DNA of 64,000 nucleotides from a virus (Duplodnaviria; Heunggongvirae; Uroviricota; Caudoviricetes): IMG/VR virus record IMGVR_UViG_3300037067_007156, positions 575,980 to 639,979 of that record; one strand, 5' to 3'. Shown piece by piece: positions 20,864 to 30,360 of this stretch (position 1 is its first letter; each line of letters starts with the position of its first letter). The notes under the pieces were generated by a model. It saw only the letters and a program-made list of their open reading frames with translations, ran no database searches and was not told where the DNA came from. The position numbers and the translations under genes were made by a program.

Positions 20864-21265
20864 ATGGAAGAAAACATAGATATATTAATACAAAAAATAC
20901 AGGAAGCACGAAGCCCAAAGTATTTTTTATGGCAGGTAATTAAGAATGTTGAATGGTTTGCTTCAACGGTGTATAATGATACTTTATTAGGTAAAAAAGA
21001 TAGATATGTTTATTTTAATTACAATAAAAAAAATCATACTTTATATTATGATTTTTATAAAATCTATCAAATTTTATCATCGAAATACCATCTTAATGAA
21101 CAAGAAATCAGTGAATTAGTGGGTAGTATGGTGAGTGAACATTTCAAACTGAGGGTAGACACAACTTGGTCAAAATCAGATGCTTCATCAACAATGGTGA
21201 GTGAACATTTCAAACTGAGGGTAGACACAACTCAGCCCGATATTACTCATAAAAGATTCTGGTGA
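20864..21265 (+). CDS. Small array-associated protein B (frame runs into CRISPR-like array 2)
   Basis: Paralog of 13046..13444 (identical MEENIDILIQKIQEAR start, YKIYQILSSKYHLNE). Confidence 0.7.
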   Translation: MEENIDILIQKIQEARSPKYFLWQVIKNVEWFASTVYNDTLLGKKDRYVYFNYNKKNHTLYYDFYKIYQILSSKYHLNEQEISELVGSMVSEHFKLRVDTTWSKSDASSTMVSEHFKLRVDTTQPDITHKRFW

Positions 21266-21428
21266 GTGAACACTTCAAAATTGGGGTAGACACAACGCCT
21301 CGTAAGTGTTAACGATAAAACGTGTAGGTGAGTGAACATTTCAAAATACAGGCAGACACAACAACGAAAATTATTTACCTTAATTTCAAATAGATGAGTG
21401 AACATTTAATTTTAAGATGAATACAATA
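21130..21428. CRISPR. Mini CRISPR array 2: four 36-nt repeats plus a degenerate fifth; spacers 30, 29, 30, 30 nt
   Basis: GGTGAGTGAACATTTCAAACTGAGGGTAGACACAAC at 21130 and 21196; variants at 21261 and 21327; degenerate at 21393; all spacers unique. Confidence 0.85.
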
Positions 21429-21451
21429 GAATAAAACTAATAAAACTAAAC

Positions 21452-21940
21452 ATGTTTTGGAATAAAAAATCAGATATAGTACAATGGACTGAGAAAATGT
21501 TCGAACATTCTTTCAAGAAAGAGTGGTATGAAACATATTTTGCTATCGATGTTCATGGTACTATATTATTACCAAACCATAGAAAAGATTATTTAGAAGC
21601 TAATTTTTATCCTTATGCGAAGGAAACCATGCAATTATTATCCGCACGAGATGATATTAAATTAATCATGACTACATCATCATATCCTAAAGAAATAGAA
21701 TTTTATAATAATATTTTTATTTCTAATAATATAATTTTTGATTATATTAATGAAAACCCTGAGATAGATTCAACAAAAGGGTTCTTCGGTTATTATGAGA
21801 AAAAATTTTATTTTAATATTATGCTGGAAGATAAAGCTGGATTCCGACCAGAACGTGATTGGAAACAATTATATAAATTGTTTAAGCATTACGAGAAAAT
21901 AAAATATTTTCCAGACCCAAATTGGTATATGAAAAAATGA
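21452..21940 (+). CDS. HAD-superfamily-like protein
   Basis: AIDVHGTI, MTTS, FDYINENP, LEDKAGF. Confidence 0.6.
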   Translation: MFWNKKSDIVQWTEKMFEHSFKKEWYETYFAIDVHGTILLPNHRKDYLEANFYPYAKETMQLLSARDDIKLIMTTSSYPKEIEFYNNIFISNNIIFDYINENPEIDSTKGFFGYYEKKFYFNIMLEDKAGFRPERDWKQLYKLFKHYEKIKYFPDPNWYMKK

Positions 21941-21944
21941 AAAT

Positions 21945-22259
21945 ATGGAATGTCCGAAAGAATTTACAACTGAATCACTATCAATTGCGGATACTATAAT
22001 TTTAATACCAAAAGGTGAGTTGATACAACCTTATGTGAAATTTATCACAACAAATTTTAAATTTGAAACGAAAGAATTTAATAAAAATGTGGTATCTGAT
22101 AATCATCTTTTATTATTACAATTATGTGAAAGGAAAAAAATAATAAAAATAATAACAGCTTATGAGTTAACTATAATTAGTAATTATTTAACAGTATATG
22201 AATATGATAATAAAAAACTATCTCGATTAATAAAATTGAAAAATATACTTGAAGAATGA
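21945..22259 (+). CDS. Hypothetical tagged protein
   Basis: Ends SRLIKLKNILEE. Confidence 0.5.
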   Translation: MECPKEFTTESLSIADTIILIPKGELIQPYVKFITTNFKFETKEFNKNVVSDNHLLLLQLCERKKIIKIITAYELTIISNYLTVYEYDNKKLSRLIKLKNILEE

Positions 22260-22471
22260 CCGATGAAGAATTAATAAGATGTAAAGAATTTCTGGATTAT
22301 TTCGATGTAGATTATTCTGGTGATATAATATATTTAACGGATGGTGGAAATTCGTGTGTAATGAATCCAAATACAAAATGGGAAGAATTTTTAGGTTGTT
22401 CAATTAATAATATAGCTGAAGCTGTTGCGAAAAAACTCGGAAAGAAAATCATGTGGATAAAAGATAATTAA
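22256..22471 (+). CDS. Hypothetical protein
   Basis: ATGA overlap with upstream gene. Confidence 0.5.
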   Translation: MTDEELIRCKEFLDYFDVDYSGDIIYLTDGGNSCVMNPNTKWEEFLGCSINNIAEAVAKKLGKKIMWIKDN

Positions 22472-22816
22472 ATGATGAAGGAACTTACATATAATTTTTT
22501 AAAATTAAAACATAATAATGTTTTCATTTTCATTAAAAAAGGCACTTTAATATATGATTTAGAATGTGTTTTATTATATGAAATGAATATGTATTTTTGG
22601 AATAATAACGACCCGGTTCAGGAAACAAATTATTGTATAGGTGATGTTGCTAAATATGATACATATTATCATATTTTTAGTCATCTGATAAATAAAAAAA
22701 AATATATATTAATAAGAAAATATTACACAAATATGGATGTAATAAAAGGAAAAATTATTATAGATGGTAATAATATTCTTAGGTATTTTAAAATAAAAGA
22801 ATTAGATTTGGTGTAA
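22472..22816 (+). CDS. Hypothetical tagged protein
   Basis: Ends LRYFKIKELDLV. Confidence 0.5.
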   Translation: MMKELTYNFLKLKHNNVFIFIKKGTLIYDLECVLLYEMNMYFWNNNDPVQETNYCIGDVAKYDTYYHIFSHLINKKKYILIRKYYTNMDVIKGKIIIDGNNILRYFKIKELDLV

Positions 22817-22834
22817 CTAACTAAATATTTAATT

Positions 22835-23209
22835 ATGAATAAAACAATTACACCGGAAGAAATATTAGAACGCATAAAAAAATTAGACAAGGATATAGTT
22901 GAAGTAAATATGGTTCTTTTAACTAAAGAAGAGTGGTGTTTAAATGAAGGAGTGGATTATGATAGATATATTTTAAAAAATGAATATAATAAATACACGC
23001 CCTATTTAAAAAGGAATGAAAAACTTATACTGACTATTTTTATCGATTCTAAACCAGAGTATATTTTAGATTTTATCGATTCAATCGAGGAATATATAAA
23101 ACGACTTAAAGAAGAAAATCCAACTTTTTATTTTCTCAAAAAAAATTACTTAAATTTCAAACAAAACGAAGAAAGAATGATAAAAATAATTAGAGCGATG
23201 ATGGAATAA
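22835..23209 (+). CDS. Hypothetical protein
   Basis: 124-aa ORF ending ERMIKIIRAMME (tag-like). Confidence 0.5.
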   Translation: MNKTITPEEILERIKKLDKDIVEVNMVLLTKEEWCLNEGVDYDRYILKNEYNKYTPYLKRNEKLILTIFIDSKPEYILDFIDSIEEYIKRLKEENPTFYFLKKNYLNFKQNEERMIKIIRAMME

Positions 23210-23233
23210 CCATCATTATTTAATTATTTAATC

Positions 23234-25852
23234 ATGAAAAAATATTTAAGTAAATCATTATTTAAAAATGCACTGGATTGCCGTACAAAATTGTACTATG
23301 CATCCAACAATCATCTTTACAAAGATAATCGTAATGAAGACCCCTTTTTAAAAGCTATTGCTGAAGGTGGTTTCCAAGTTGGTGAATTAGCCAAATGTTA
23401 TCACCCGACAGGTATAGAAATTGATTCTTCGTTAAGTCAAGAAGACAACTTCAAAGAAGTATTGAAACAACTTAAAAAATCAAATGTAACTTTATTTGAA
23501 GGTAATCTAATTTTTGGGAAATTTATATCCAGATTTGATATACTTATTAGAAAAGGTAATGTTTTAAAATTAATAGAGGTTAAATCTAAATCATTTATTA
23601 ATGAGTTGGGTCTCGACCAATTTTTAAACAAAAAAGGCGCAAGTATAATTAAGGCCGAATGGTTAGACCAAATGTATGACGTTGCTTATCAACGTTGGAT
23701 TTTATCTAAATTATTTCCACGTTATGCCATCGAGTCTTATTTAATGATGGCTGATAAAACAAGAGTTACAACAGTTGATAACCTTAATCAGAAATTTATT
23801 TTAACCAAGGATGATAATGGTAACACAAAAGTTATAATCAATGGTGATGTGAGTAAAGATGCTCTGGGTGAACAAATATTAGTACCGATATGCGTTGATT
23901 CAGTTGTTGATATTATTGATAATTATGAATATACAGAAGGGAGAACATTTGATGAATGGTTAACTTTATTAATGGAATCATTTGAAAAGAATGAAAAACT
24001 TGTTACTCACCTTGGAAAAAAATGTGGTGAATGTCAATTTCATTGTACTGAAGATGAAAAAAAACTTGGTTGGCAAGATGGAAAAAAAGAATGTTTCTTA
24101 AATAGTCCGATAGTTGGACAAAATAATTATGGTAAATCAACTGTACTGGACATTTGGAATTATCGAGGTAAAGATAAACAAATCAATTCTGGTAATATTT
24201 TAATGGAAAAAATAAACCTTTCTGAATTCAATAAGAATGTTGAAACTATTGAAGATGGTAAGGAATATATGAATGAAATAACTGAAAAAATAGAACAAAA
24301 AGATAGACAGTTAATCCAGATTGTAAAAACATTATCTAATGATAATACCATATTTGTTCTTGATAAAAAATTAAAAGATGAAATGTTGAAATGGAAATAT
24401 CCATATCACATGATAGATTTTGAAACCACTACGGTAGCTATACCATTTCATGCAGGTTTACGACCATATGAAGGTATTGCATTTCAATTTTCACATCACA
24501 TTATGTATGAAGATGGTCGTGTTGAACATGCTGGTGAATATATTAACAGAAAAATAGGTTTCAATCCTAATATTGAATTTATACGTGAATTGAAAAAACA
24601 ATTAGAAGTCGATAATGGAACTATTTTTCGATATTCACCTCATGAAAATACATTCCTAAATCACATTTTAATTAATCTATTCGAAAGTTCTGAACCAGAT
24701 AAAGACGAATTAATTGATTTTATTAAGAAAATAACATATAAATCATCATCAGTTGAATATGGTAGGTTAGAAATTGAGGACTGGGTTGGTGAAAGAAACA
24801 TGGTTGATTTGTGGAGTGTATTAAAAGATTATTATTACAACCCACTTACTAATGGTTCTAACTCAATAAAATATGTATTACCAGCTATATTGAAATCGAG
24901 TAAGTTTTTAAAAAATAAATATACTTTACCTCTTTATGGAACAGATGAAATAAAATCTTTAAATTTTAAAAATCATACTTGGTTGACTTATAAAGATGGT
25001 GAAATAAACGACCCATATAAAACCCTTCCAGAAACATTTGTTGATATCGACCCATCCATCGTGGAAACATTTGTGAGTGCTGAAAAAATATCGGATGGTG
25101 GTGCAGCTATGACAGCTTACGCTAAAATTCAATTCTCTCAAATGAGTGAAATAGAACGTAATAGTGTTATTCAATCATTACTAAAATATTGTGAACTCGA
25201 TACATTTGCGATGATAATGCTCGTGGAACATTGGCAAGAAATAATTTTTGGTAAAACATATTCACCTAAAATTGAAAAAACACCAAAGATAAAACATAAA
25301 ACTGAAACAGTTGTAAATGTTATCGATAATATTGCCGATGTTATCGCTGGAACTGTTGAACAAGTTGATGTTATTGTTGAAGTGGTTGAGAATGTGGTTA
25401 ATGATGCATTTAGAAATGAGACAGTGATAAAAACAAAAAAAGAAAAAAATACCATAAAAAATAAAACTTTTTCGGATGTGCAGAATATAAAAACTATACA
25501 AGTTGAAGAAAAATCTAAAATTATTCACAAAAAAAGTAAAAAAATGTTTACACGAAGAAAAAGTATTCTTACAGAAAAATGGATACGTAGATTTAAAAAA
25601 GATTCTACCGAAGATTTAATCCATATGTCAGTGTCTAAGTATTATAATGAAAATCAAAAAGTCATTATTAATGAGATTTTAGAAAGAAGATTAAGTTCAC
25701 CAATTCGTTCAGAAAGAGTTGTGAACCGTATGAAAAAAGAATCGACCGAAAAACTTAAAAACATGCTAAAATCAGACAAATATACTGATTTTCAAATTCA
25801 TGTTGTTAAAGATGTGTTAAAAACAAGAGGAGTTAGGTTAAGACGGAGATAG
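23234..25852 (+). CDS. DUF2779-type protein: Cas4-like PD-(D/E)XK nuclease plus RNase H-like/DEDD domain
   Basis: LSKS..DC.TKLYY, FDIL..LIEVKS, CGECQFHC, IDFET, AFQFSHH, SNSIKYVLPA, LKYCELDT. Confidence 0.75.
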   Translation: MKKYLSKSLFKNALDCRTKLYYASNNHLYKDNRNEDPFLKAIAEGGFQVGELAKCYHPTGIEIDSSLSQEDNFKEVLKQLKKSNVTLFEGNLIFGKFISRFDILIRKGNVLKLIEVKSKSFINELGLDQFLNKKGASIIKAEWLDQMYDVAYQRWILSKLFPRYAIESYLMMADKTRVTTVDNLNQKFILTKDDNGNTKVIINGDVSKDALGEQILVPICVDSVVDIIDNYEYTEGRTFDEWLTLLMESFEKNEKLVTHLGKKCGECQFHCTEDEKKLGWQDGKKECFLNSPIVGQNNYGKSTVLDIWNYRGKDKQINSGNILMEKINLSEFNKNVETIEDGKEYMNEITEKIEQKDRQLIQIVKTLSNDNTIFVLDKKLKDEMLKWKYPYHMIDFETTTVAIPFHAGLRPYEGIAFQFSHHIMYEDGRVEHAGEYINRKIGFNPNIEFIRELKKQLEVDNGTIFRYSPHENTFLNHILINLFESSEPDKDELIDFIKKITYKSSSVEYGRLEIEDWVGERNMVDLWSVLKDYYYNPLTNGSNSIKYVLPAILKSSKFLKNKYTLPLYGTDEIKSLNFKNHTWLTYKDGEINDPYKTLPETFVDIDPSIVETFVSAEKISDGGAAMTAYAKIQFSQMSEIERNSVIQSLLKYCELDTFAMIMLVEHWQEIIFGKTYSPKIEKTPKIKHKTETVVNVIDNIADVIAGTVEQVDVIVEVVENVVNDAFRNETVIKTKKEKNTIKNKTFSDVQNIKTIQVEEKSKIIHKKSKKMFTRRKSILTEKWIRRFKKDSTEDLIHMSVSKYYNENQKVIINEILERRLSSPIRSERVVNRMKKESTEKLKNMLKSDKYTDFQIHVVKDVLKTRGVRLRRR

Positions 25853-25913
25853 ATTTTTGTTTATTCTTTGAAACTCGTTTCATTTCTGGAACGAGTTTTT
25901 ACATTGTTTTATG

Positions 25914-26100
25914 GTCAACTACCCCTCAACTAAAGATTGAGTGGACTTGTGTAGTGATGCACAACGTAAGAGTTGATTAGGGAGCAAAAACGAATAAAAT
26001 AATTTATGCAGCAGTTAAAAATATTGAAAAAATATATAATTTTGGAAGTTTTAGTTTTAATGGTTGAAATCCATTCACAAAGCTAAAGACTTCGTGGTTT
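25914..26100. mobile_element. Non-autonomous IS200/IS605 (IscB-type) remnant with both end hairpins
   Basis: GTCAACTACCCCTCAACTAAAGATTGAGTGGACTTG..GTTGATTAG left end; second CACAAAGCTAAAGACTTCGTG hairpin about 160 nt later; no ORF. Confidence 0.5.
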
Positions 26101-26158
26101 TATTTCAACAAAAATATGAAAAATTTTTAAGAAAAGAAAAAATAAAAGAAATTTTAGA

Positions 26159-26407
26159 ATGAGAGTTTCAGATTTAAGTAACAACATGAAAGCTTTAATA
26201 TTAGACCCGAATAGAACTGTACCATATTACATTGATAAAGAGTTAATTTGTATCAATTGTAATAAATTATATACACCTGCTAAAAATTCTGATATTAATG
26301 AAATATTAAAAGTGCCAACAATATTGGTTAATAATTTTTGTTCGAGAAAATGTTTTGAAGAATTTTCAAACAAATTAAATATAAATGAATATAAAAAGAA
26401 CATATAA
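26159..26407 (+). CDS. Small Zn-finger protein
   Basis: CINC..FCSRKC. Confidence 0.5.
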   Translation: MRVSDLSNNMKALILDPNRTVPYYIDKELICINCNKLYTPAKNSDINEILKVPTILVNNFCSRKCFEEFSNKLNINEYKKNI

Positions 26408-26445
26408 TTGGTGATTAACTAATTCATATTGTTTGATTATTTTTA

Positions 26446-26476
26446 TCCCACGAATATTCGTGGGATTTTTTTTTTT
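26446..26476 (+). terminator. Intrinsic terminator
   Basis: atcccacgaa-ta-ttcgtgggat followed by T-run. Confidence 0.7.
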
Positions 26477-26554
26477 AATATAATTTTAATTATTTTTGTA
26501 GTAATAAAATAGAAATACATTCAAAAAAGTAATTCTGAAAATAATATAAAAATT

Positions 26555-27763
26555 ATGTTTGATACTTTAACATTAGATAATCAACGAGTATTAATCAACT
26601 TGCATGGTAAAAAACCGACTTTTAAGTATGTAAAAAATCCGTCTAAATATACGGATATGAAAACCCGTATATATCATGAATTATTATATGAACTGCGAAT
26701 AAGAAATTTCAATATACCAAACATCGAATTGTTTTTTAGTTTTAACGAGGAAACCAAAGAAATTAACCTATATTATATGAATGGTGAAAATTTTAATATT
26801 TCCCTTTCAAATAGAAGTGAAATTTTTAATACTATTACAATACCTTATTATAAATATAGTCTTTATGATGATATGTCTGGTAGTCTAACTGTGTATGTTG
26901 GTAGAAACTGGGAAACAGATAAAAATCGTTTTTTAAATAATCTTGGTATTCATACAAAAATGCAAGGTCGAGATAAATGGTATTTAAAATATGATTTACG
27001 TGCATCTCAACCTAAAAAAAGTTGTAAAGTGAGTGAAAAACAACATAAATTATTTTCAAGGATAAGAAAAATTCAAGAATTATTTGAGTTTGATGATAAT
27101 TTTATCAATAATCGAAAAAACAACTATTATAATGTTTTTTATTTTTTAAATGAAGATGATTGTGGTAGAGAATATTCAGCGGATTCCAATGAGTGTCAAT
27201 ATTATCATTTAATTGATATAGACTTCTACATATATGGTTGGGTTTATAAAAATGTCATTCAATATCTAAGAAGCTTACCTATACCTGAATTATTACCTTT
27301 TTATAAAATATTTAAAGAACCAAAACATCAAAAAATAAATTATAAATTACCAGAATTGTTTTTATCTGGTAGAAATTTCACAAAATACGAAGATTATTAT
27401 AAAAATTGTTATGAAAAACTAAAAATATCACCATCAAAACGATTAGCATCTTTAGGTTACGATTTAAATAATATAAAAAATCCTTTAAAATTATTAGCTT
27501 ATGAAGGATTTATTTGGGGTGTTGAAAAATATGACGTGTCACCAAGTAAATTTAATGAAAATGATGTTAAACCATTTTTCAAGATTTCGTTAAAAATAGC
27601 AAACGATGTTTTTGTAATTGATGCATCTTGTAAAACATTTGATGAAATTATCGAAACATTCAAACCTATCAATGAATATAATGGTGAATATGAAGAAGGA
27701 GAAGAAGTGTTTTTAATTTGTAGGAATATTAGAAACGATGAAATAATTTTAAATGAAAAATAA
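26555..27763 (+). CDS. Hypothetical protein
   Basis: 402-aa ORF, TATTTTTG promoter-like element at 26491. Confidence 0.6.
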   Translation: MFDTLTLDNQRVLINLHGKKPTFKYVKNPSKYTDMKTRIYHELLYELRIRNFNIPNIELFFSFNEETKEINLYYMNGENFNISLSNRSEIFNTITIPYYKYSLYDDMSGSLTVYVGRNWETDKNRFLNNLGIHTKMQGRDKWYLKYDLRASQPKKSCKVSEKQHKLFSRIRKIQELFEFDDNFINNRKNNYYNVFYFLNEDDCGREYSADSNECQYYHLIDIDFYIYGWVYKNVIQYLRSLPIPELLPFYKIFKEPKHQKINYKLPELFLSGRNFTKYEDYYKNCYEKLKISPSKRLASLGYDLNNIKNPLKLLAYEGFIWGVEKYDVSPSKFNENDVKPFFKISLKIANDVFVIDASCKTFDEIIETFKPINEYNGEYEEGEEVFLICRNIRNDEIILNEK

Positions 27764-27768
27764 AATAT

Positions 27769-28383
27769 ATGGCAAAAAGTAAAGAAACGACCTATTTTGG
27801 GGAAGAAAACTCAAAAAGAATAAAAAATGCTTTATTCGATGATGAAGATGAGATAGATAATCTTAAATTTTCTTGGCAGACAGACGATGCAGAAAAAGAT
27901 AAAGTAAGTAAAAATCTAAAAGGTGATGAAGACATCAATATGCCCAGACAATGCCAAAAAGATTCGATTGAAGATTCAGATAATACTTTAACCCCAGATG
28001 CACCAAAATGTATATTTTGTGGTGGTGAATTAGAAAAAGAAAATTATTGTCCTAAATGTGATTTTAAATTCGAGAAAGATGATTTATTTAAACCTCTTTC
28101 ACCTAATAGTTTTATATTTTCAGAATTAAAAAGTGATGATGATATCATTGTTATCACACCCATTCTTTATTGGAGAAAGAAAAATAAATTATTAGAAATG
28201 CCATTCAAAGTTCCAGACAATATTCTTTTGAATTGTGGTCTGAATCCAACACCCTTTGAACCATCAAAGTTTTGTAAACTTTCTCTTGCCTATGATGTAC
28301 CTTCTGAACAGTATATAAAAGTAATAGAAAGTGTAGGTTTTATCTGGGATGAATCTTTTAATAAATTTGTAAATAACCTATAA
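27769..28383 (+). CDS. Hypothetical protein with Zn ribbon
   Basis: CIFC..YCPKC. Confidence 0.55.
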   Translation: MAKSKETTYFGEENSKRIKNALFDDEDEIDNLKFSWQTDDAEKDKVSKNLKGDEDINMPRQCQKDSIEDSDNTLTPDAPKCIFCGGELEKENYCPKCDFKFEKDDLFKPLSPNSFIFSELKSDDDIIVITPILYWRKKNKLLEMPFKVPDNILLNCGLNPTPFEPSKFCKLSLAYDVPSEQYIKVIESVGFIWDESFNKFVNNL

Positions 28384-28539
28384 AGAATGAATTAAAATAG
28401 AATTTTAAAAATATATCAGTAAAAATGTCATGAGAATTTTTCAAATCCATGACATTTTTTCATTTAAATGATATTGGTATCTATTTTGTAAAATTGAGTT
28501 CTAAACACAATAATGTGTAAAAAATAAAAAATTAAAGAT

Positions 28540-28974
28540 ATGATACAAAATTTGATTTACAAACCAAAAACAAATTCACCTTTTCTGGATTTGGTTAGTG
28601 ATTTTTTCGATTTAAAGGGCGATTTTACAACACTTCAATCAGTGTTCGATTACACACCTTCTATTAAAACAAACATTCAGGAACTGGAAGATAAATACCT
28701 TATTGAACTAACTTTGGCTGGTTTCAATAAAGAAGATATCAAAATTGATATAAATGATGATGTTCTTTCTATATCAGCCGATATTAAAGAAGAAAAAGAA
28801 GAAACTTATTGTATGAGGCAATTCAAAAAATCTTCTTTCAAAAAATCTTACCAGATTCCAAAAGATGCTGATATGAATAAAATAGAAGCTGAATTTAAAG
28901 ATGGTATCCTGAAAATGAACATCCAAAAATTGGAAGAAAAAATTAAGAAACCAACACAAATTATTATCAAGTAG
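28540..28974 (+). CDS. Small heat shock protein Hsp20/alpha-crystallin
   Basis: TNIQE.ED.YLIEL.LAGF.KEDI, F.KSY.IP, AEFKDGIL. Confidence 0.9.
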   Translation: MIQNLIYKPKTNSPFLDLVSDFFDLKGDFTTLQSVFDYTPSIKTNIQELEDKYLIELTLAGFNKEDIKIDINDDVLSISADIKEEKEETYCMRQFKKSSFKKSYQIPKDADMNKIEAEFKDGILKMNIQKLEEKIKKPTQIIIK

Positions 28975-29012
28975 GTTACTTTTTGGTAAGTTACTTTTTG
29001 GTAAGTTTGTGA

Positions 29013-29042
29013 GAAAAGCCTCAGTTAATCGCTGAGGTTTTT
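29013..29042. terminator. Terminator between convergent blocks
   Basis: aaaagcctcag-ttaatcg-ctgaggttttt. Confidence 0.65.
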
Positions 29043-29048
29043 ATATTT

Positions 29049-29405
29049 TTATTTTATTGTTAGTGATGAATCAATCAATACGTTATCTTGATATAGATAT
29101 GTATAATACTTAACTAACAAATCTCCAATTTCAGTTGTATCATATTGTTCTTTATTTATTTTCCAGCGTATTGTATCACTATAATCCATATAACAAATAA
29201 AATATTCATCAGAAACTGTGTGTTCTCCATAATGCCAACAAGTTTTTTCTTTCATCACTGAATAATCATAATGCATACTCATTTCTGAATGTGATGATAT
29301 AAATTTTTTATTAACAATTGGTACGTGTTGGTGTACACCATCTTTATGTGTATACGATACACACGATATTAAAAATAAAAATATAAAAATATAAATTATT
29401 TTCAT
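29049..29405 (-). CDS. Putative lipoprotein
   Basis: MKIIYIFIFLFLISC lipoprotein signal. Confidence 0.6.
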   Translation of the reverse strand: MKIIYIFIFLFLISCVSYTHKDGVHQHVPIVNKKFISSHSEMSMHYDYSVMKEKTCWHYGEHTVSDEYFICYMDYSDTIRWKINKEQYDTTEIGDLLVKYYTYLYQDNVLIDSSLTIK

Positions 29406-29416
29406 GATTAAATTGT

Positions 29417-30019
29417 TTAAGAAACTGTTTCAACCATCATATGCTCATTAGTTTTAACTTCATATCCAAGATGTGTTAATATATCTTTAAATAATGACCA
29501 TCCTAATGTACCATTTTGTTCCATAGAAAGTGTTTGTATTCCTTCTTTTATATAAGCCTTTGGTTCTTTACTTCTCTCACCATCGATACTTCTTATTGCA
29601 ACAAATAATATATATCCTTCACCAGCCTTTTCATAAGCATTTTTAACATTTTCACATAACATATCCAAATTAGGATTTCCAGTTACCGTGAGTTGAAAAT
29701 GTTCAGCGAGTTGTTTTCCTTGTTCAAAAACATCACCACAATGCATAAAATTATTCTGAAACTTCATCATTTTACTACCACCAAATACATCAAGAACAAC
29801 TTCATGACTTGGCACAATATTATTGATGATATCAATTTCTTCAATCCCTTTATCAGTCAATTCCCAAAATTCACCATTTGCATATTTTGAACTTTTCACT
29901 AAATTTTTAAAATAAAGTGAGTTCATTATATTTTTATGAATTTTACATCCATCAAAAGAAAAACATTTTTCTTCTTTTAATAGAAGTAATGCGTCTTTTT
30001 GTTTATCTGTTAATATCAT
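29417..30019 (-). CDS. Hypothetical protein
   Basis: 200-aa ORF, N-terminal winged-helix-like ELTDKG. Confidence 0.55.
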   Translation of the reverse strand: MILTDKQKDALLLLKEEKCFSFDGCKIHKNIMNSLYFKNLVKSSKYANGEFWELTDKGIEEIDIINNIVPSHEVVLDVFGGSKMMKFQNNFMHCGDVFEQGKQLAEHFQLTVTGNPNLDMLCENVKNAYEKAGEGYILFVAIRSIDGERSKEPKAYIKEGIQTLSMEQNGTLGWSLFKDILTHLGYEVKTNEHMMVETVS

Positions 30020-30021
30020 AA

Positions 30022-30315
30022 TTAAAATAATTGAATAAATTGTTTATATTCAGGATATTTTCCTTTTAAATATTCAAATGCTATCTTATCAGCTTTTTTT
30101 TCAGATGTGGTTGTAATGACTAAATTATCTAACCATTTAACAACACCCGAAACATAAGTTGGTGTGTATTCATCTCCAAATTTAGTTAAATAAACCATAC
30201 CTTGCATGGTATATTTTTTAAAAAACCAATTTTTTATAAATTCAGGATAATTGGTTAAAAATGTTGTGTCGTCACTTATAGTGATTGTTTTTTCTTCTTT
30301 TTTCATTTTATACAT
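30022..30315 (-). CDS. Hypothetical protein
   Basis: 97-aa ORF in co-directional run. Confidence 0.5.
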   Translation of the reverse strand: MYKMKKEEKTITISDDTTFLTNYPEFIKNWFFKKYTMQGMVYLTKFGDEYTPTYVSGVVKWLDNLVITTTSEKKADKIAFEYLKGKYPEYKQFIQLF

Positions 30316-30360
30316 TTGTTAATTCGCTGATAGTTCTAAATTTCATAGTAATTCATGGTA

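Noticed and set aside
13312-21428. VSEHFKLxVDTT as a plain protein tandem repeat
   Set aside because: Repeats are identical at DNA level, intervening segments are unrelated and fixed-length, and units continue beyond in-frame stops
28975-29008. Short tandem repeat gttactttttggtaa twice
   Set aside because: Only two adjacent copies in a 3' UTR with no further structure
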